Positions 21,990 through 34,830 of a DNA stretch of 64,000 nt are shown here, piece by piece (the stretch's first letter is position 1; each line of letters opens with the position of its first letter). This DNA comes from Octopus sinensis (Eukaryota). Below the pieces are notes generated by a model. That model made no database searches and was not told the origin of the DNA. It worked only from the letters and a program-made list of their open reading frames with translations. The position numbers and the translations under genes were made by a program. The stretch covers positions 75,454,001-75,518,000 of the forward strand of contig NC_043004.1 in assembly GCF_006345805.1 (NCBI RefSeq), read 5' to 3'.

Positions 21990-22995
21990 TTCAAGGAAGT
22001 AATTCCTCCCACTCCTCGGAACTTTCCAGGAAGTGATTCCTCCCACTCCTCGGAACGTTCCAGGAAGTAATTCCTCCCCCTCCTCCCCATCATCGGAACT
22101 TTCCAGGAAGTAATTCCTCCCGATCCTAGGAAGTTTTCGGAAGTAATACTTTCCGCTCCTCGGAACTTTCCAGGAAATAATCCCTCTCGATCCTAGGAAG
22201 TCTCCAGGAAATAATACCTCCCACTCCTCGGAACTTTCCAGGAAGAAATTCCTCCCCCTGCTCGGAACCTTCTAGGAAATAATCCTCCCCTTTATCCCAT
22301 CTTTTCCAGGAAGTAATCTCTCCCAGGTATTCCGAGGAGGGGGAGTTGAAATGGCTGGGAGTACTTCCTGAAAAATTCCGAAGAGAGGGACTTCCTGGAA
22401 AGCTCCGATGATGGGCAGTTGAGGGGAGGAAGGGGCTGCAGTACGTCCTGGAAAAGTCCGAGCAGTGTGACTTCCTGGAAAGTTCCAAGGTAGGGAGTCG
22501 ATGGGGGAAGCAGTGGAGTGTATATTTCCTGGAAATATCCGAGGAGGAGGTTTGAAGGCGAGGGAGTACTTGGAAATGTCCGAGGTGGAGGTTCCTGGAA
22601 AGTTCCGATGAAGGGTTTGAAGAGGATAGGGAGTACTTTCTGGAAAATTCCGAAGAGGGAGACTTCCTGCAGAGTTCCGAGGTGTGAGAGTTGAAAGGAG
22701 AAAGTGGAGGGACTACTTCCTGGAGAAGTTCAAGGAGGGGGACTTCCTGAACAGTTTTGAGGAGGGATGTATGAAGGGGAGGCAGGCGAGGGAGTCCTTC
22801 TGGGAAAATTCCAATGAGGGAGACTTCCTGGAAAGTTCCAAGGAAGGGAGTTGAAGGGGAAATAGTGGAGTGTGTGCTTCCTGGAAAAGTCCGAGGAGGG
22901 GGACTTTCTGGGAAGTTCCGAACAGGGGGAGTTGAAAGTAAGGAAGGGAGAGTACTTCCTGGCCAAGTCCGAGTAGAGGGGACTTTTCAAGGAAT
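21990..22995. repeat. Fold-back minisatellite of about 30-40-bp units (CTCGGAACTTTCCAGGAAG core), orientation switching near 22330
   Basis: C-rich units 21990-22325 are followed by reverse-complement G-rich units 22330-22995. Confidence 0.88.
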
Positions 22996-24136
22996 ATATA
23001 TCTTGGACAGACTTCTTTCAAACTGAAAGTATTATCACACATACTCCGCTCTCTCATGTATCTAAGTTTAAAATTTCAGCGTGATCAGATGACCAATACT
23101 TGAGTTATAAGCGCACAAGAAACAGATAGAACGGATTTTATATATTAGATGAGCCAATGAGGGAGACGTCTACATGGTAACCAGACCTAGTAGAAATAAC
23201 AGCCAAATTTCTTTTGAATCACGCCCTACTGTTTTATGTATGTATGTATGTATGTATGTATGTATGTATGTATGTATGTATGTATGTATTATGTATGTAT
23301 GTATGTATTATGTATGAGCCAATGAGGGAGACCTCTACATGGTAGCTAGACCTGGTAGAAATAGCAGTCAAATCTCCCTCAAAACACCCTACTGTCTATC
23401 GAAAAGTAGGTAATAGCCAGATATACTGGACGGTAGTAAATAGTGGAGATAGAGAAGGGAGTGGGTGCTAGGTAATGATTTAATGTCAAATGCAAATATA
23501 AGGAAAGAAGAGACTGAAGCAGAAAATATAGGAGATGCAAATAATGCGTCGTTCGCACCGGAGATACAGGTCAGTAGAGTGGTAGGAGAGGGCAAGGATG
23601 TACGGCGCGCATGCGAGAGAGGAGGGGAAAGAGGAGAAAAGTGGGGAAGTCCTAAATGGACAGGGTAGAAGTTTTGTCGTTCAGAGGGAAGTATCATTAA
23701 AGGTAAAGTATAGAGGGAGGCTTAGTTCCTAAGGCTGGAACATAAGGATTTATGGTAATGAGAATTTTGCAGAACTTATACCTGCGCGTGGAAATTATGT
23801 CAGAGGATCGATTAAGAAGGGAAATTTCATTCTGCGTAATACAGTGAATGATTTACGGCAAAACAATTTGAAAGGCTGTCGGCTTCTCGTGTAAGGAATT
23901 CACCACGAATTATGAAGTGAGAAATGTTATGTAGGATACCCTCGGCTTTGAGGTGGTGGTCGTGTGTGGCGAGAGAGGATGATTACTTTCTACAAGTACT
24001 TGAGAAAGTGGTCATATATGCAAGATAATGACACATGATATCAATCGTGCAACGAATGTAAATTCTCGCGGAGTGGATCCGTGCAGGAGTAAGGTATAGT
24101 TATACACGACATTATAGCATAAGCAATTGCCCTTTA

Positions 24137-24356
24137 CCCTTTCGTTACCAACCCGGCTGAAACCGACCCTGGCCCTGTAGTACAAATGTCTTGTTTTCAT
24201 AAGTTTTGAATTAAAATCTTCCACAAAACCTTAGTCACAATTTATGTTCCTAACACTAGCTTAACGATAACTAAGTTAATTCACTAAATTCTTTGTTATA
24301 TTTAAAGTAATTGAAAAAACACAGAGCATCTCAGAATAAATGCAGTAACGAAAGGG
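24137..24356. mobile_element. piggyBac-like MITE
   Basis: CCCTTTCGTTAC...GTAACGAAAGGG TIRs with TTTA/TTAA flanks. Same family twice in tandem at about 48739-48959 and 48983-49201. Confidence 0.75.
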
Positions 24357-24569
24357 TTAAAAGACAGTTACTATAGGAACATAACCTGAAATTTTGAGGG
24401 GAAGGGGCAAGTTCATTTTATCAACGGAAGTGCTTATCTGCTACTTATTTTATCGACTCCGAAAGGTTGAAAAGCAAAGTCGGCCTCGGTAGAATCTGAT
24501 CTTTGAATATAAAAAGCCAGAAGAAATGCTGCAAAGCATCTTTTCCGGTCTGCTAACAATTCTTATTTC

Positions 24570-25402
24570 TTTTCTACCCACAAGGGGCTAAACACAGAGA
24601 GGACAAACAAGGAGAGACAAAGGGATTAAGACGATTACATCGACCCCAGTGCATAACTAGTACTTAATTTATCGACCCAGAAAGGATGAAAGGCAAAGTC
24701 GACCTCGGCAGAAGCTCGCAACCCTCACATGAAGAACTATTAGTGCTGTCTTTTGATTTTAACCGAAACATTTTTCAAGAGATTCACAAGCGTTGCGGTC
24801 AAGAGTTACGTCCCTTGTCTGTGAAACCCGAAGTTGTCTAACTTGAATAGGTTTCAGAAGTTGATGAGTTTTCAAATATTCTTTCCTATTGTAGACACGA
24901 GGCCCGAAATTTTGGGGGAAGCGGCAGTCGATTAGATCGACCTCAGTACGCAACTGGTACTTAATTTACTGACCCCGAAAGGATGAAAGCCAAGTCGACC
25001 TCGGCGGAATTAGAACTCACAACGTAAAGATAGACAAAATACCTATGTCTTTACTACCCACAAGGGGCTAAACACAGAAGGAACAAACAAGAACAGACAA
25101 ACGGATTAAGTCGATACATCGACTCCAGTGCGTAACTGGTACTATTTAATCAGCTCCAAAAGGATGAAAGGCAAAGTCGACCTCGGTGGAATTTGAACTC
25201 AGAACGTAGCGGTAGACTAAATACTTATTTCTTTATTACCCACAAGGGACTAAACACAGGGGACAAACAGATTAAGTCGATGTAATCGACTTAATTTATC
25301 GACTGCGAAAGGATGGAAGGTCAAGTCGACCTCACCGGATTTTGAACTCAGAACGTAACGGCAGACAAAATACTGCTAACCATTCTGCCAGCTCGCCGCC
25401 TT
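24570..25402 (-). mobile_element. SINE family A multimer array
   Basis: One head at about 25400 followed by repeated B-box/CORE/tail modules. Confidence 0.78.
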
Positions 25403-26056
25403 AATAAGTCTTCAAATATTAAAATATGCTGATAGATATTTGAGAAAAAAAGACCGAAAATAATATCTCTACTGTCTAAATAACTTATTCTATAAACTAA
25501 TAATCACCGGCAGAAAGCCAGCGTGATTTATTTTATATATAAGAAATTGTAAACTAGAACTACGTACTTGAAATTTTTAATTTCTAAGGATGTAAGTCAT
25601 TTTGTATAAAGTACCAAATGTTGGCGTACGAAATGCATGAAGCATTGAAACAGTTAGTAAATTATTCCCCTAAAGCAAGGACGTTTTCAACATTAATAAT
25701 ATTTAGTGACGTAATAAAATTATATCTTTTCAATTTTTTATTCATTACAACTTGAAGTAATGTGATTTTTTTTTTTTCGCTTATTCTGTTATTTATTTTC
25801 AACAAATAAATTTTTATAATCAATTATTATCATTTATTTCGATAAAATTCATATGCTGTCGAGAAATCTCACATGCTGGATTTATCCTTTTCTACTGATG
25901 AAGTTGTTGCTTATTGATGTACGAAAGTTCGGCTATAAATCATCACTTACTTGACAACAGATTTCTATGTAGGCTCAGGGTTGTAAACAAATGTTAAATT
26001 AATTGCTGTTCGTAGTAAATATAATCAACTTAAAATCTTGAGTTCATTTTTTAAAA

Positions 26057-26155
26057 ATGAATCAAGAAAACAATGAGACCGAATCAAAGGGTGTAATGTT
26101 TAATTATGACAGCAGTTTAGAGGCGTTCATCCGAGACGAGTTCTATCGTCAGCAG
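26057..26155 (+). CDS. Unrecognised 106-aa protein, exon 1
   Basis: AAAATG start; MNQENNETESKGVMFNYDSSLEAFIRDEFYRQQ; donor CAG|GTGAGG, phase 0. Confidence 0.7.
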
Positions 26156-26419
26156 GTGAGGATTTAAGACGGCAGTCTATTTCCCCTTCATCTTCTATAA
26201 TCATTTCATTAGTATCTAGGATGCTTTATTGAAATATTAAATTCATTCCCTGTAGCTGACGGTTCTTTGTAGTGATTTAATGAAGAAGTTATAAAATGCG
26301 TTATTCTCAGATGAGAAAAGCATGAGCCTCGTAACTCCCCATTTGCGCTTAGTTTATAAATTTCAAACTTGCCTTGATATACCGTTGTTTTAAGATTACT
26401 TTGTTTCACTTTAATATAG

Positions 26420-26499
26420 CAAGAAAACCTGAATAATGACCAGATAGATTCCATCAAAATTAACCAGTTCTTTGAAAGGGCTCTTTCTGAAACTCGAAG
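26420..26499 (+). CDS. Unrecognised 106-aa protein, exon 2
   Basis: Acceptor TTTCACTTTAATATAG|; QENLNNDQIDSIKINQFFERALSETR; donor AG|GTGAAC, phase 2. Confidence 0.62.
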
Positions 26500-27499
26500 G
26501 TGAACCAGAGAAAATATTTTTTTACTAATACTGAGCAATTTTTAACCCATTTCCCTTATATTACGCAAAATATTTCATTAGTTATAATATATGTAATTGC
26601 ATCTAATATTCATTAATTTCATGTTTCAATAACAATGTCATTATGTATGAAACTCAGAACTGGAGGGGGGAAAAATCGTTAAAATGGCGCCAATTTTGAA
26701 AAGTGTGCCTGGGGGTTGGGGAGCAGTTGCAGCCCTTATTCCTCTAGTAGCTACATCATCAGAAGGAAGTCAATTATAACAATCCCAACTTTTCTAATTT
26801 ATCATCCAAGAAGGGATGAAAAGCAAAGTTGATCTATGTGGGTTTTAAACTCAAAAAAGGAAAGGTCATTGTCATCACCATCATCGTCATCATCATTATA
26901 ATCATCACCACTTAAGTTCCTTTTTCATGCTAGCATGAGTTAGACAGTTCAACATGAAAAGATGAGCCCCAGAGCTGCGCTGAGATCCAGTGTCTGCTTT
27001 GGAACGGTTTCTATAGCTGGATGCTCTTTTTAATGGTAACAACATCACAGAATGTACTGGATGCTTTTTCATGGCACCAACACTGGTGAGGTTACCAAGT
27101 ACCCACAAGACAAGATTCTCAACTGAGTATGGTATAATACTGAGTGATAAGAAAGAATGATCGAAGGATGAGAGCAAGTATCTTGCTGAAAAGGTGAAGA
27201 CATGGCTTCTCCCGTATGGAAAGAAACAAAAGAGAGAGTGATGGGAGATCAAGGCACAAAGTGAATATGAGAGAGAGAGAGAGAGAGAATAGGGATAAAG
27301 GAACAGAAAATGTGGGCGGGTAGTTAAGTGTACTGGGGTGAACAGTGTGATTGAGGATTAGATTAAGTTGGATGCAGAAAATATCAGTTTTGGAGATGGG
27401 AAATGAAGGAAGGAGACAAGTGACAAAGAACAATAGCAGAGATACGTGGGAAGAGGTGAGACAATACCTAAGTTTTGCTAAGATGGACAGGTCTTCTCA

Positions 27500-27760
27500 A
27501 GCACAATATATCACCATCCCGGTTCCACCCATCATTTCCTCTGAGAGACTCAACATCTTGAGGTCAGTCTTTGCCACGTTATCCTACGTCTTCCTGGGTC
27601 TTCCCCTTTTACAGGCCCTTTCTACGTTCAGCAATTGGCATTTCTTTATACAGCTGTTCATATCCATCCGCATCATATTCCCATACCAAAGCATTCTTTT
27701 CTCCTACACACCACATCTGATGCCTCTTATGCCCAATCTTTCACTCAGTACATTTATATT
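27500..27760 (-). mobile_element. RTE LINE ORF2 C-terminal fragment
   Basis: LGIRGIRCGV*EKRMLWYGNMMRM...CKRGRPRKT. Confidence 0.7.
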
Positions 27761-28629
27761 TTGTTATACCTGCACACACACACACACAAAATATTTCAAG
27801 GTATTTTATCAGACACCCTTGTGGTTCTGGCACCTAACACCTTGTATTTCTCTGGTTAAAGTGATTAAATATATAGATGTATGTCTGACTACACCTGATT
27901 TCCTCCCCTCCATACACACACAAGCATGTATCTGACTCATACATTGTTCGCTTTCCAGACATTACTGCATATGTTTTATACACACTTTTGACAAGCTGTG
28001 GTGCACCTGAGCACTGTATACAATAATTTCATTATTATTATTATTATTATTATTATTAGACTAAACTAAAAACCATTGTAAGTCTTTCACCAGTGTCTGG
28101 TGGGAGGGTCCTTCTTGGTCAGTCGTTCAACCTACCTAAAACAGAACTTGTTCTAGCCACACCCTACCAATCTAAAGATTCAAAATATGACACATGCAGT
28201 AATGTAGTTTGGTTTGAAAGACATGATGGTGATAACCATGCCTCATGCCTTTTGGTTATTTGGTCCATTTTGTGTATGGCTCTTGTTATTTAGCATCTAT
28301 AAAGATGCATCTACTTCCTGTCGTAACACGAATGAAATATTTGAGATCCATGTCATTTCTACAAAAAGCATTATCTACTGTTTAATCCAAAGTTCACCAA
28401 GGTAACAATTGTTTCTGTTTGGTGACAGTGTTTGGAATTTTTAATACTTATTAATTAATTAATTTGACACTACACCACATCAGGGCCAACGGAAACATTT
28501 CTTGAGATGTTCTCTGGCTTAACCCTGTCATCAGTTTTAATGTTCACTTTTCCATGTTCTTACACACACACACGCACATGCACACACATACACACACACA
28601 CACATGTATATACGACATGCTTCTATACT

Positions 28630-29000
28630 TTTTTACTTGTTTCAGTCATTTGACTGTGGCCATGCTGGAGCACCACCTTTAGTTGTCCAAATCGACCCCA
28701 GGACTTATTCTTTGTAAGCCTAGTACTTATTCTGTCGGTCTCTTTTGCCGAACCGCTAAGTTACGGGGACGTAAACACACCAGCATTGCTTGTGAAGCAT
28801 TGTTGGAGGGACAAACACAAACACACAAACATATATACATATATATGACAGGCTTCTTTCAGTTTCCGTCTACCAAATCCACTCACAAGACTTTGGTCGG
28901 CCCAGGGCTATAGTAGAAGACACTTGCATAAAGTGCCACGCAGTGGGACTGAACTCGGAACTATGTGGTTGGTAAGCAAGCTACTTACCACACAGCTATC
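28630..29000 (-). mobile_element. tRNA-derived SINE, family B
   Basis: Head GCTGTGTGGTAAGTAGCTTG...GTTCAGTCCC, internal microsatellite, CORE-like GGGGTCGATT, and CCAGCATGGCC tail. Confidence 0.8.
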
Positions 29001-29533
29001 CTGTCTCCATTTAACAAATATCTGTGTGGGATTTGAACTTGAAACATAAAGGGTCATCATCATTGTTGTTGTCATTCATCCGCTTCATCATCATTGTCAC
29101 CATCATCATCATCACCATTAAAGTCCCTTTTTCCATGCTGACATGGGCTGGGCAGTTTGACATAAAAAGTTGAGCCACAGGGATCATGTATATATGTGTG
29201 TGCATGAGCATGTGTGTGTGTGTGTGAGTGGACACCTGATAGTTGGAAATGAATCTTATCATACAAGCAGTGTCAATGATTTTCAATGTTCTACAGAAAC
29301 ATGTCTGGGATTCTGGGAAAATATTACCTTGCTCAAAAACAGGTGAGGGTTGGCAACAGGAAAGGCATCCAAATAAGAAAAATTCTGCTTCAATAAACAC
29401 TGTCTGAGCCGCACAAATATGGAAAAGTAGACGTAAAAATTTTGACAATGGCAATACCATTTTCCTCAACACCTGTTCTCAAGCCTTAATGATCTTTTTT
29501 TTCTTTTTTTTTCTTTCATTATTTTACTTCCAG

Positions 29534-29675
29534 GATGAATGATGTCATTAAGAATAGTCATAAACAACGTAACCTGCTTCGAAAAGAATTTGGTTTGAGA
29601 ATGCTCAGTGATTGGTTTAAAGAACATCATACTGAAATTTTGGAACCATTCCAAGAAAGAAAAGAAGAAAAATAA
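29534..29675 (+). CDS. Unrecognised 106-aa protein, exon 3 (terminal)
   Basis: Long pyrimidine tract then TTCCAG|G, phase 2 matching exon 2; MNDVIKNSHKQRNLLRKEFGLRMLSDWFKEHHTEILEPFQERKEEK*. Confidence 0.72.
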
Positions 29676-29732
29676 AAGATAATTATAAAAAAAAAACTTC
29701 ATATCTGTTTATTGATTTTCTTCTTACATTAA

Positions 29733-30126
29733 TCTCTCTATATATAAAGCTGAAGTTGTCTGTGTATGGCAGGTTCAGTAGCCTTCAACTAAGACTATCT
29801 CCTCCGAGACCCTGTGGTGCAAGTTGACCAAAATTGAGAGTATGATAGAAGAAGGCTTGCTCTTCCTTCTGTAGAAAAAAACTTTAAATCGGACCATGTT
29901 AACACCAAAAATTATTTGCATCAAAAAGGTGCTTTTTTTTTTCTATGAAAATCCCTATTTTTTACGATTTTTTGACTGCTGTGTCACCATTTTGCGGTGT
30001 ATTTCAACCAGAAAAATGTTCACTTAAAGAGAATAACAAGCTGCATAATGCAGAATTTTTACTTTTCAAAAATTCCAATTCTAAAGGGTCAAAACAAATC
30101 CGAGCAACACCGGGCGATACTGCTAG
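29733..30126 (+). mobile_element. Non-autonomous Helitron
   Basis: A|TC start, CCGAGCAACACCGGG hairpin, CTAG|T end. Confidence 0.78.
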
Positions 30127-30431
30127 TAATTGTTATTTTTCCTAACCAAATTTTGATCAATTAATACATTACAGTTCAAAGCAGATGAATTGTCTCCTCA
30201 AACTAATTGTTCCACTACTACTACAATGGCTTCTGTTCTCTCCAGGTGGCTTCTCTTCTGCCACCTCCATTCAGGACAACTGATTCAGTCATTTCTAGTC
30301 TTCTTGTCACCCATTAAGGTGTTGCCAATATCTAGGCTTGAAACAGAATATAACATACATGCAGACCAACAGTCAGACATATATTTATATCTAAATCTGC
30401 CTGTGACTCTCTCTCTCTCTCTCTCTTTCTG

Positions 30432-30489
<58 letters not shown>

Positions 30490-30529
30490 TACCTTTCTTT
30501 TATTGGACACTAAACTCTGCTTTCGAAGA

Positions 30530-30935
30530 CCTGTTGAGGCAAGTGTAATCAAAATCGAAATCAAATTCGATGACTGGCATCCGTGCTAGTAGAGCGCTAA
30601 GAATACCATCTGAGTGTGATCGTTGCCAGTGTCAGCTTACTGGCACATGAAAAAAGAACATTCAAGCGAGGTCATTGCCACTGCCGCTGGACTGGCTCTT
30701 GTGCAGGTGGCATGTAAAAAACACCATTTGAGCATGACCATTGCAAGCACCGCCTGACTGGCCTTCGTGCCAGTGGCACGTAAAAGCACCCACTACACTC
30801 TCAGAGTGGTTGATGTTAGGAAAGGCATCCAGCTGTAGAAACTCTGCCAGATCAGAATGGAGCCTGGTGCAGCCATCTGGTTCGCCAGTCCTCAGTCAAA
30901 CCATCCATGGAAAGCAGACATTAAACGATGATGAT
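30530..30935 (+). mobile_element. RTE 3' UTR fragment (family C)
   Basis: GGTGGCACGTAAAAGCACC modules, GTTAGGAAGGGCATCCAGCTGTAGAAAC and (GAT)n tail as in the RTE at 51206. Further copies near 31230, 36830, 37680, 39050, 42480, 46535, 55660, 60260, 61250 and 62905. Confidence 0.78.
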
Positions 30936-31385
30936 ATATATATATATATGAAGCGAAATGTCATGATTGTGCTGTGGCTTGGTATTGCTGTCGATGCCAA
31001 TAACCAAATTACTGTCCAAATCAAAACAACTTTTAAAAGAACTGAAATATGACAGCTATATTGCCAAAATTTTACTTCATCGTGAAAGGTAAATAAACCA
31101 CTGTGACTGTATATGTGAGGCCATTGAAAGAGGAATTGGAAGCATGGAGACAAGTTGCATGTGAACCGAGAGGTGCATGTCTCATTTGTAACACTTCACA
31201 TGCAGATACCGGATTATCAGCCATCTCATCCACTCTGCTGAGTGGTTGGTGTTAGGAAGGGCATCCAGCTGTAAAAGTCCTGCCAAAACAGTCACAGAAG
31301 TCTGGTGCAGGCTTCGGCTTGGCTGGCTCTTGTGGTACCATCCCACCCATGCTGGCATGGAACACAGATGTTGAATAATGATGAT

Positions 31386-31420
<35 letters not shown>

Positions 31421-31497
31421 TGGTTTTAGAGCCGACTTACAATCTGCATATACAATTTTTGCTTTGGTCTTCTTTGAGAAACCACTAATATTAGTCA

Positions 31498-31887
31498 CTA
31501 GCAGTATCGCCCGGCGTTGCTCGGGTTTGTTTCGACCCGCTGGAATTGGAATTTTTGAAAAGTAAAAATTTTGCCTTATGTAGCTTGTTATTCTCTTCAA
31601 GTGAACATTTTTCTGGTTGAAATACACCGAAAAGTGGCGACACAGCAGTGAAAAAATCTTTAAAAAATAGGGATTTTCATAGAAAAAAGCACCTTTTTGA
31701 TGTAAATAATTTTTGGTGTTAACATGGTCCGATTTGAATTTTATCTTCTACGGAAGGAAGAGCAACCCTTCTTCTATCATACTATCAATTTTGGTCAACT
31801 TGCGCCACAGGGTCTCGGAGGAGATAGTGTTAGTTGAAGGTTACCAAACCTGGCGCACACAGGCAACTTCAGCTTTATATAGAGAGA
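31498..31887 (-). mobile_element. Non-autonomous Helitron (same family as 29733-30126, inverted)
   Basis: Reverse complement aligns along its whole length with 29733-30126. Confidence 0.8.
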
Positions 31888-32779
31888 TAACGCACACACA
31901 TTAATACACATACATACACACACACACATGTATGTATGTATGGATGTATGTATATATGTACATGAACCCAGGACCATGTGTTTGGAACGTAGTTTGTTAC
32001 CACACAGCCACACCTGCCCCTATGTATGTGTGTGTGTGTGTGCATATGTGTGTATGGGTAGATATATTATGCATGTATATATGTGTATATATATGTGTAC
32101 ATATTACATGTACATCTATATATATACATCTACACATAAAATACAAAATACAAAGTTATATCTTGATATCGCTAGTGATAACAAAACTCAAAATATATAA
32201 CAGACTGGAATTGTAGGCTCGTCTCTTGCAATTTCAATCAATTGGATCTTGTCCTCCCTCTTGTATAGAAGTGTACGGCTGCAGCGAAATTCATTTTTGG
32301 ACTTTCTTCTATCAAAGGCATTTTAACAAAAATGCTTCCGTAAAGACGGTGAAAATATTGTCAATTTTCCCAAACAGGGACACAATTCAATTCTTAAACA
32401 ATAACCAAAGCCCCTTCTCCGAAAGGGGGAGGGTTACAGTTTACAATTATTTAACAAATGCAACACAACAACGTTTCCCTGACACGGAACCAACAAATGT
32501 GATTACAATAGTCAAACAGTAATAATAATAACTAACCTTTTTAATTTATCCCCATTTATGTGAAACCACTTATTCAAGTTCAAGTCATTGATGCAATTTT
32601 ATACGAATTGCTAATACACGCACACACACACACACACATAATAAGGGAATACTTTCACTTTAATAGTTTCACACTTGCAAAGAGAAAGTAGGAGAAAGTG
32701 TGGTGGTAATAGCAGGAGTAAACCACTTGAAATGTGAGAAGCAAATCGTAAAATATTGAGTTTTCTCGAATTTTTGCTT

Positions 32780-33665
32780 AATTGGGAGTCATATTGAAAA
32801 AACTTGATATGCCATGACCCAATCGAATCTACTTGGAAAAATCATAGGTAAATTCCAATTGAAGAAATTCTATATTGTAGAATTGTATTAAAAAGAAACA
32901 TGGGAACAGGCAGAGAAAATCTGCCTTTTATCATAAGATAAGAGATGCAAAAGTAACAGAGACTTGATTGGTTGGCTCACGCCATACCATTGGTACAGCA
33001 CAAAGCATTCCCTTCCGTTTTCCATTCAGCCACTGTGAAAGCCCTGAGTAACACACGGTGCAGCATATATGAGGTGACCACATCTTGTCTTGGTCGCCAA
33101 CTTTACACCCGAAATAATATTTATAGGCAGTTTTTAATTTGGTTGCAATGTTATTCCACTGGTCACGCAGAGCAAATTTTCCACAGACATAACAAAAGTT
33201 GTCTGAGTGATTCACACAGCCTCTTCTATTCATGATCTAACACAATGAATACAGTTAAAACGGGTAATCACACAGGGCGAGAGATACACATACTACACGT
33301 GACGGCAGCGTAAATGACACTGAGAGTTACCAAGAATAAATTGATGCATTTGGCGCTTGCACACAATACGTCAGCGCCATCTATTGCTAAACTAAATAAT
33401 GAACTTTCTCATTGTTTGTTTTATTGCTGTTATTTCTTTAATTCTGAATTAAGACAGCTTTGATTTTGGCAAATTTTATAATATAGCCTATATCTAGCTG
33501 AAAGTATAGTTATAATCTTGCACATGTGCATAACTCAAAGTCATGACATAGTAAAACAATTCTGAGTGCAGATTTGGAATCAGCATCCTTGATTTAGCAA
33601 AATCTTTGTTGTTCAGTGTTATGAAACAGAAGTATTTGATGAGAGGTGTTGTGAAACACAAAATA
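32780..33665 (-). mobile_element. Internally deleted DNA transposon retaining the transposase N-terminus
   Basis: ORF 32931-33233 CVNHSDNFCYVCG...YFGCKVGDQDKMWSPHICC..C...AVPMVWREPTN is the Cys-rich N-terminus of a widespread animal cut-and-paste transposase family. Superfamily not assigned and ends approximate. Confidence 0.7.
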
Positions 33666-33782
33666 ATAGTCTATGAAGTTTTTCATCCTCAGCAAAATGA
33701 TATATTTTTACCTCACCTTTGTTATTTCAGTGCTGTTTTGCACCTCTCTACTCAGATTGTATAGATATAGACAGACAGACAG

Positions 33783-33827
<45 letters not shown>

Positions 33828-34437
33828 TCTATCTATTTATATATCTTTCTATATGTATTTGGGTGTTAGGAAAGTAATAGTTTTAACAGAATGGATATAA
33901 AAACGAATGTAAACCATGTTTATCAGAATAGTTTTAATCAAGAATGTAATCACCATTGTTTTCAATGACTGCAGCCCAACAGGAAAATAGCTTCTTTTAT
34001 GACCTGTTCAAAGAAACCTATTTCTTCTGCTGAAAAATGTCTGAAAAGATGCTTAACATTCAACGACTAACTCTGTCTAGCTTTAAATAAGAACAATAAT
34101 AAAACAGAGTTACTTTCTGAAGGCAGTTTATAACTGATGAAAGATTAGCAAGTTTGAAGTGATGAGAAGATAAGTAAAATGACTTATCTGGCTTCGTTTA
34201 GCTGATACCATATTTCATAACATAAAAGACACACGTGACGTTCCAAAAACATGTTGCAAAAAGTAATCTTGTGTCCTATATTTAAAGGTGGGCCTCCCAT
34301 AAGCTAGTTTGGTCTCTGATGCTCTTTTTTTCTGAATATGCCCTGCTGAAATTAGGGTTTATTTGATATGCCCCTGTTGTCTTTCATGCCATTAAATGTG
34401 GTAGTAATAGTAAGAATGTTGTAAGTTCCACTACATT

Positions 34438-34830
34438 ACCTATTTCTTTACTACCCACAAGGGGCTAAACACAGAGAGGACAGACAAAGGGATTAAGTCG
34501 ATTATATCGACCCCAGGGTGTAACCAGTACTTAACCTATTGACCCCGAAAGGATGAAAGGCAAAGTCGATCTCGGCGGAATTTGAACTCAGAACGTAATG
34601 CCAGACGAAATACCTATTGCTTTACTACCCGCAAGGGGCTAAACACAGAGAGGACAGACAAAGGGATTAAGTCGATTATATCGACCCCAGTGCATAACCG
34701 GTACTTAATCTATCGACCCCGAAAGGATGAAAGACAAAGTCGACCTCAGCGGAATTTGAACATAGAATGTAACAGCAGATGAAATACAGCTACGCATTTC
34801 GCCCAGCGTGCTAACGGTTCTGCCAGCTCA
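34438..34830 (-). mobile_element. SINE family A dimer
   Basis: Head plus two CORE/tail-1 modules. Confidence 0.8.

Noticed and set aside
23400-23970. Host coding exon in the purine-rich segment (ORFs 23389-23697 and 23465-23668)
   Set aside because: No splice support. It more likely derives from a decayed LINE 3' region, but too weakly to annotate.
25885-25930. CTGATGA...GAAA pair
   Set aside because: No pairing for stem II or stem III. Chance occurrence.
26209-26538. 109-aa minus-strand ORF
   Set aside because: No recognisable motif. It overlaps in antisense the better-supported plus-strand exon 26420-26499.
27351-27935. 194-aa plus-strand ORF
   Set aside because: Antisense to a decayed RTE fragment, with no independent coding signal.
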